DNA from: an uncultured Chloroflexia bacterium
Lineage (GTDB): Bacteria > Chloroflexota > Limnocylindria > Limnocylindrales > CSP1-4
NCBI GenBank assembly: GCA_963746845.1
Contig: CAVVCZ010000004.1
Span: forward strand, 1,120,001-1,184,000
DNA length: 64,000 nucleotides
Reading direction: 5' to 3'
The notes under the pieces were generated by a model. The model worked only from the letters and a program-made list of their open reading frames with translations. It searched no databases and was not told the origin of the DNA. Shown piece after piece: positions 60,731 through 64,000 of this stretch (the first letter of the stretch is position 1; each line of letters opens with the position of its first letter). A program made the translations under genes and the position numbers.

Positions 60731-61141
60731 TCAGGCGTGGTGGCCGGAGACCGCGTCGGCGATCGGGCGGTGGGCGGTCATCTCGATCTCGACGAGCGCG
60801 CCCTTGGGCAGGCCCCCGACCCCGACCGTCGAGCGGGCGGGAGGCGGATCCGGCATGAACCGGGCATAGATCGCGTTGACCGCCGCGAAGTCGCCGACGT
60901 CCGCGAGGAAGATCGTCGTCTTCACGACGTCCGCGAACCCGACACCGGCGGCGTCGAGCACCGCCGCAAGGTTGCGCAGCGCCCGCTCGGCCTGCGCCTC
61001 GAGCCCATCGACGAGCTCGCCCGTGGCCGGCTCGAGCCCGACCTGACCCGAGCAGAAGACCCAGCCGTCCGTCACGATCGCCTGGCTGTACGGCCCGACC
61101 GGCGCCGGCGCGCTGCTCGTCTGGATCGGCTGGCGGGTCAT
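60731..61141 (-). CDS. RidA/YjgF family protein
   Basis: AP.PVGPYSQA, SGQ, N..YA.F...PPARS, LPKGALVEIE. Confidence 0.93.
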   Translation of the reverse strand: MTRQPIQTSSAPAPVGPYSQAIVTDGWVFCSGQVGLEPATGELVDGLEAQAERALRNLAAVLDAAGVGFADVVKTTIFLADVGDFAAVNAIYARFMPDPPPARSTVGVGGLPKGALVEIEMTAHRPIADAVSGHHA

Positions 61142-62181
61142 GGATCGCTCCTCTCGTGATCGTCGGGGCCGTCGGGCGACGGGTTCGCCAGGATGGTCGT
61201 CGCGGCGACGAACGGTGGTCCATCGCCCGGCGCCGCCACGAACCCCGTGCCGACGGCCGCCCGGACCGAGGCCGCCGCGAGCTCCGCGTCGTCGAGGGAA
61301 GGATAGAGGGCCCAGAGGGTCGGACCGGAGCCGGACAGCCCGATCGGGCGGTTGAGCAGGCGCATCAGCGCCCGCCGGAACGGCACGAGCCCTTCGACGA
61401 CCGACGCCGCGGCCGGCAGGAGGTCATTGGCCGCCGCCAGGACGCCGGCCCGCTCGAGGAGCTGGGCCGCCGTGAGGCCGGACCCGAACTCGCTCGCGAA
61501 GTGCTCCGAGCTGCGGAGGGCGACGCCCGGCTGGCCCATCGCGCCGCCCGCCCACGCGGCGAAGACAGCGGCCGTGGGCGCCGCGATCGCCGGGGTCACC
61601 ACGACGACGCCCGGGCCCCGCTCGCCGGCGCCGATCCGGAGCCCGTGGAGCGGCGTCACCCGCTCGCCGCGCCCCTCGACGAGCGCCGTCCCGCCGGCAA
61701 GGAAGAACGGGACGTCGCTGCCGATCGAGGCCGCCAGGTCGGTCAGGTCCGGGCCAGTCACCGCGTCCGCGAGGCCCCAGGCCTCGAGGGCGCCGTCGAT
61801 CGCCGCGGCCGCGTCGCTGCTGCCGCCGGCGAGGCCGGCTGCGACCGGGATCCGCTTGTCGAGCCGGACCGCCAGGGCGGGCGGCGGGGCGGGCCGGTGG
61901 CCGCGGACGGCTCGCCGGGTGGCCTCGACCGCCCGGAGGACGAGGTTGTCCGCGATCGGACCGGCGTCGAACCCGTCGACGTGGAGCCGGTCGGTCGCGC
62001 CGGGCGACGGATCCGGGGCCAGCGTGACGCGATCGGCCAGGTCGAGCGGCACCATCACCGAGTGGAGGGCGTGGTAGCCGTCCGGCCGGCGCCCGACGAT
62101 CGCCAGGGTCAGGTTCAGCTTGGCGGGCGCGAGCCGGACGACGGGCGTCACGAGCCGGGCCGGATCGACGGGGACCGTCAC
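61138..62181 (-). CDS. ispE: 4-diphosphocytidyl-2-C-methyl-D-erythritol kinase
   Basis: APAKLNL.L, GYH.L, K.IPVAAGLAGGSSDAAA, GSDVPFF, LSGSGPT. Confidence 0.95.
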   Translation of the reverse strand: MTVPVDPARLVTPVVRLAPAKLNLTLAIVGRRPDGYHALHSVMVPLDLADRVTLAPDPSPGATDRLHVDGFDAGPIADNLVLRAVEATRRAVRGHRPAPPPALAVRLDKRIPVAAGLAGGSSDAAAAIDGALEAWGLADAVTGPDLTDLAASIGSDVPFFLAGGTALVEGRGERVTPLHGLRIGAGERGPGVVVVTPAIAAPTAAVFAAWAGGAMGQPGVALRSSEHFASEFGSGLTAAQLLERAGVLAAANDLLPAAASVVEGLVPFRRALMRLLNRPIGLSGSGPTLWALYPSLDDAELAAASVRAAVGTGFVAAPGDGPPFVAATTILANPSPDGPDDHERSDP

Positions 62182-63065
62182 GCCCCCTGCCCGCGCAGGT
62201 CATGCCCGATCTCGCCGAAGGCCTCCAGCAGCGCGAGCCACTCGCCCACCGCCAGTGTCTGCGGACGCCGGGCCGGGTCGATCCCGGCCGTCTCGAGCGC
62301 GGCCGTGACCCGTGCCGGCTCGACGGGGAGCTGCCGCGACAGCACGTTGTGGAGCATCTTGCGGCGCTCCCGGAACCCCGCCTGAACGAGCCGCCACAGC
62401 GCGTCCTCGTCCTCGGCCGTGGCGAGCCGGTCGTCGCCCGGAAAGGGCTCGACCACGATCACCGCGGACCGGACGGCCGGCTCCGGCTCGAACGCCTCCG
62501 GCGGGACATCGACGGCGATCCGGACGCGGGCGTGGTACTGGACGAACACGCTCAGGTAGCTCATCTGCCCGGGCGGCGCGGCGATCCGCTCGGCGACCTC
62601 GCGCTGGACCATCAGGACGAGCCGGTCGGGTCGCGGTGTCTCGCCGAGGAGCCGGTGGAGGATCGGGCTCGTGATGTGGTACGGCAGGTTGGCGACGACG
62701 TCGTATGGGGCCGCCACCAGCCCGACGAGGTGCTGGTCGAGCGCGTCTCCCTCGACGAGACGCAGCCGCTCCGCCTCGATCTCCGGCGAGAACCGCTCGC
62801 GGAGGAAGGACGCCAGGCCACGATCCAGCTCCACCGCCGTGACGATCGCGCCGCCGTCGAGCAGCCCGCTCGTCAGCAGGCCGAGCCCGGGGCCGATCTC
62901 GAGCACCCGTCGCCCGGGAACCGCCGACGCCTCGGCGAGGATCGCGTCGAGCACGTCCGGATCAGCGAGGAAGTTCTGGCTCAGGCTGTGGCGAGCCCGG
63001 AGCCCGGCCGCCTTCAGGGTCCGGCGGACCGCCGCGGGGTCGACGTGGGCGGGGACGGCGGCCAC
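62178..63065 (-). CDS. rsmA: 16S rRNA adenine dimethyltransferase
   Basis: SQNFL, EIGPG.G, VELD, ANLPY.ITSP, MVQREVAER, F..RRKML.N. Confidence 0.95.
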   Translation of the reverse strand: MAAVPAHVDPAAVRRTLKAAGLRARHSLSQNFLADPDVLDAILAEASAVPGRRVLEIGPGLGLLTSGLLDGGAIVTAVELDRGLASFLRERFSPEIEAERLRLVEGDALDQHLVGLVAAPYDVVANLPYHITSPILHRLLGETPRPDRLVLMVQREVAERIAAPPGQMSYLSVFVQYHARVRIAVDVPPEAFEPEPAVRSAVIVVEPFPGDDRLATAEDEDALWRLVQAGFRERRKMLHNVLSRQLPVEPARVTAALETAGIDPARRPQTLAVGEWLALLEAFGEIGHDLRGQGA

Positions 63066-63072
63066 GATCGGC

Positions 63073-63999
63073 TCAGCGACGCGCGAGCGGCAGCGAGGGC
63101 CGCGCGTCCAGGGAGAGGTCGGCGCGCTCCCCCGCGGCATGGCGCCGGGCGCCGGCGGCGCCGATCATCGCCCCGTTGTCCGTACACAGGGCCGGACGCG
63201 GGACGATCAACGGCAGGCCGAGCGCTTCCGCCTCGCCCAGTAGACGCGACCGCAGCGCGCTGTTGGCCGCCACGCCGCCGCCGAGCACGATCGAGCGCGC
63301 GCCGGTCCGTTCGGCCGCCCGGATCGTCTTCGTGACGAGGACGTCGACGACCGCGTCCTGGAACCCCCACGCGAGCTCCGCGGTGGAGGCGTCCGAGAGC
63401 CGGGCGGCGGGCAGCAGGCCGGCGTCCCGGCCGGTCGGCAGGCCCTCGTCCGCCCGCGCCTCGTCGATCGTCCGGCGGGCGGCGGTCTTGAGCCCACTGA
63501 AGCTGAAGTCGAACGTGTTGCCGAGCCAGGCACGCGGGAAGGCCGCGTCGTGGCGCGTCGCCGCCTCGGCCGCGCGCGAGACGGCCGGGCCGCCCGGGTA
63601 CGGCAGCCCGAGCAGCCGCCCCACCTTGTCGAACGCCTCGCCGGCCGCGTCGTCGACCGTCTGGCCGAGCAGCCGGTACGTCAGGTGGTCGCGCATCTCG
63701 ACGAGGAACGTGTGGCCGCCCGACACGATCAGGGCGACGAGCGGGAAGACCGGCTCCGCCCCGGCCGTGGCATCACCGCCGGCGTCCCGCAGCCACGCCG
63801 CGTACAGGTGGCCCTCGAGATGGTTGACCCCGACGAGCGGCTTGTCGTGGACCCAGGCGAGGGTCTTCGCGAAGTTCAGCCCGACGAGCAACGAGCCCGC
63901 CAGACCCGGGCCGTACGTGACCGCGACCGCATCGACATCCTCGACGCGGACCGACGCGTCCTCGAGCGCCTGGTCCAGCACCGGCACGATCCAGCGGAG
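63073..63999 (-). CDS. tsaD: tRNA threonylcarbamoyltransferase TsaD (5' truncated by window edge)
   Basis: GPGL.GSL.VG, NHLEGH, VSGGHT, DDAAGEAFDK, FSFSGLKT, GGVAAN, TDNGAMI. Confidence 0.96.
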   Translation of the reverse strand, partial: LRWIVPVLDQALEDASVRVEDVDAVAVTYGPGLAGSLLVGLNFAKTLAWVHDKPLVGVNHLEGHLYAAWLRDAGGDATAGAEPVFPLVALIVSGGHTFLVEMRDHLTYRLLGQTVDDAAGEAFDKVGRLLGLPYPGGPAVSRAAEAATRHDAAFPRAWLGNTFDFSFSGLKTAARRTIDEARADEGLPTGRDAGLLPAARLSDASTAELAWGFQDAVVDVLVTKTIRAAERTGARSIVLGGGVAANSALRSRLLGEAEALGLPLIVPRPALCTDNGAMIGAAGARRHAAGERADLSLDARPSLPLARR

Positions 64000-64000
64000 G

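Overview
Very GC-rich, densely coding bacterial chromosome segment. The gene content and style (alpha2-type GlyRS, dnaG-rpoD, nfnAB-ppdK, many apparently leaderless genes) suggest Chloroflexota, possibly Limnocylindria/Ellin6529-like; this taxonomy is inference only. Housekeeping genes include parB (partial), rpoD, dnaG, glyQS, recO, a polyprenyl synthase, glmU, ridA, ispE, rsmA, tsaD (partial) and tRNA-Asn(GTT). Accessory modules include a lipoprotein-anchored three-domain Cu nitrite reductase (nirK) with an Rrf2 regulator and a 12-1-12 palindromic operator, a ppdK/ndh/fpr/nfnAB redox cluster, GIDE-LemA, a HAD-acyltransferase fusion, orphan tadE/tadG, an OmpR-type two-component system and several gene remnants. 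Three signals are least explained: (i) an XRE-HTH plus PD-(D/E)XK-like gene followed by a short, roughly regularly spaced series of TGCA-N5-TGCA-type palindromes (18116-18980); (ii) a ~230-330 nt highly base-paired non-coding element with its own terminator between recO and the polyprenyl synthase (56340-56670); (iii) paired TGTCAA/TTGACA inverted repeats ahead of dnaG-rpoD. No CRISPR array, rRNA, integrase or transposase was found. All family calls are from motif recognition by eye; no database searches were run.
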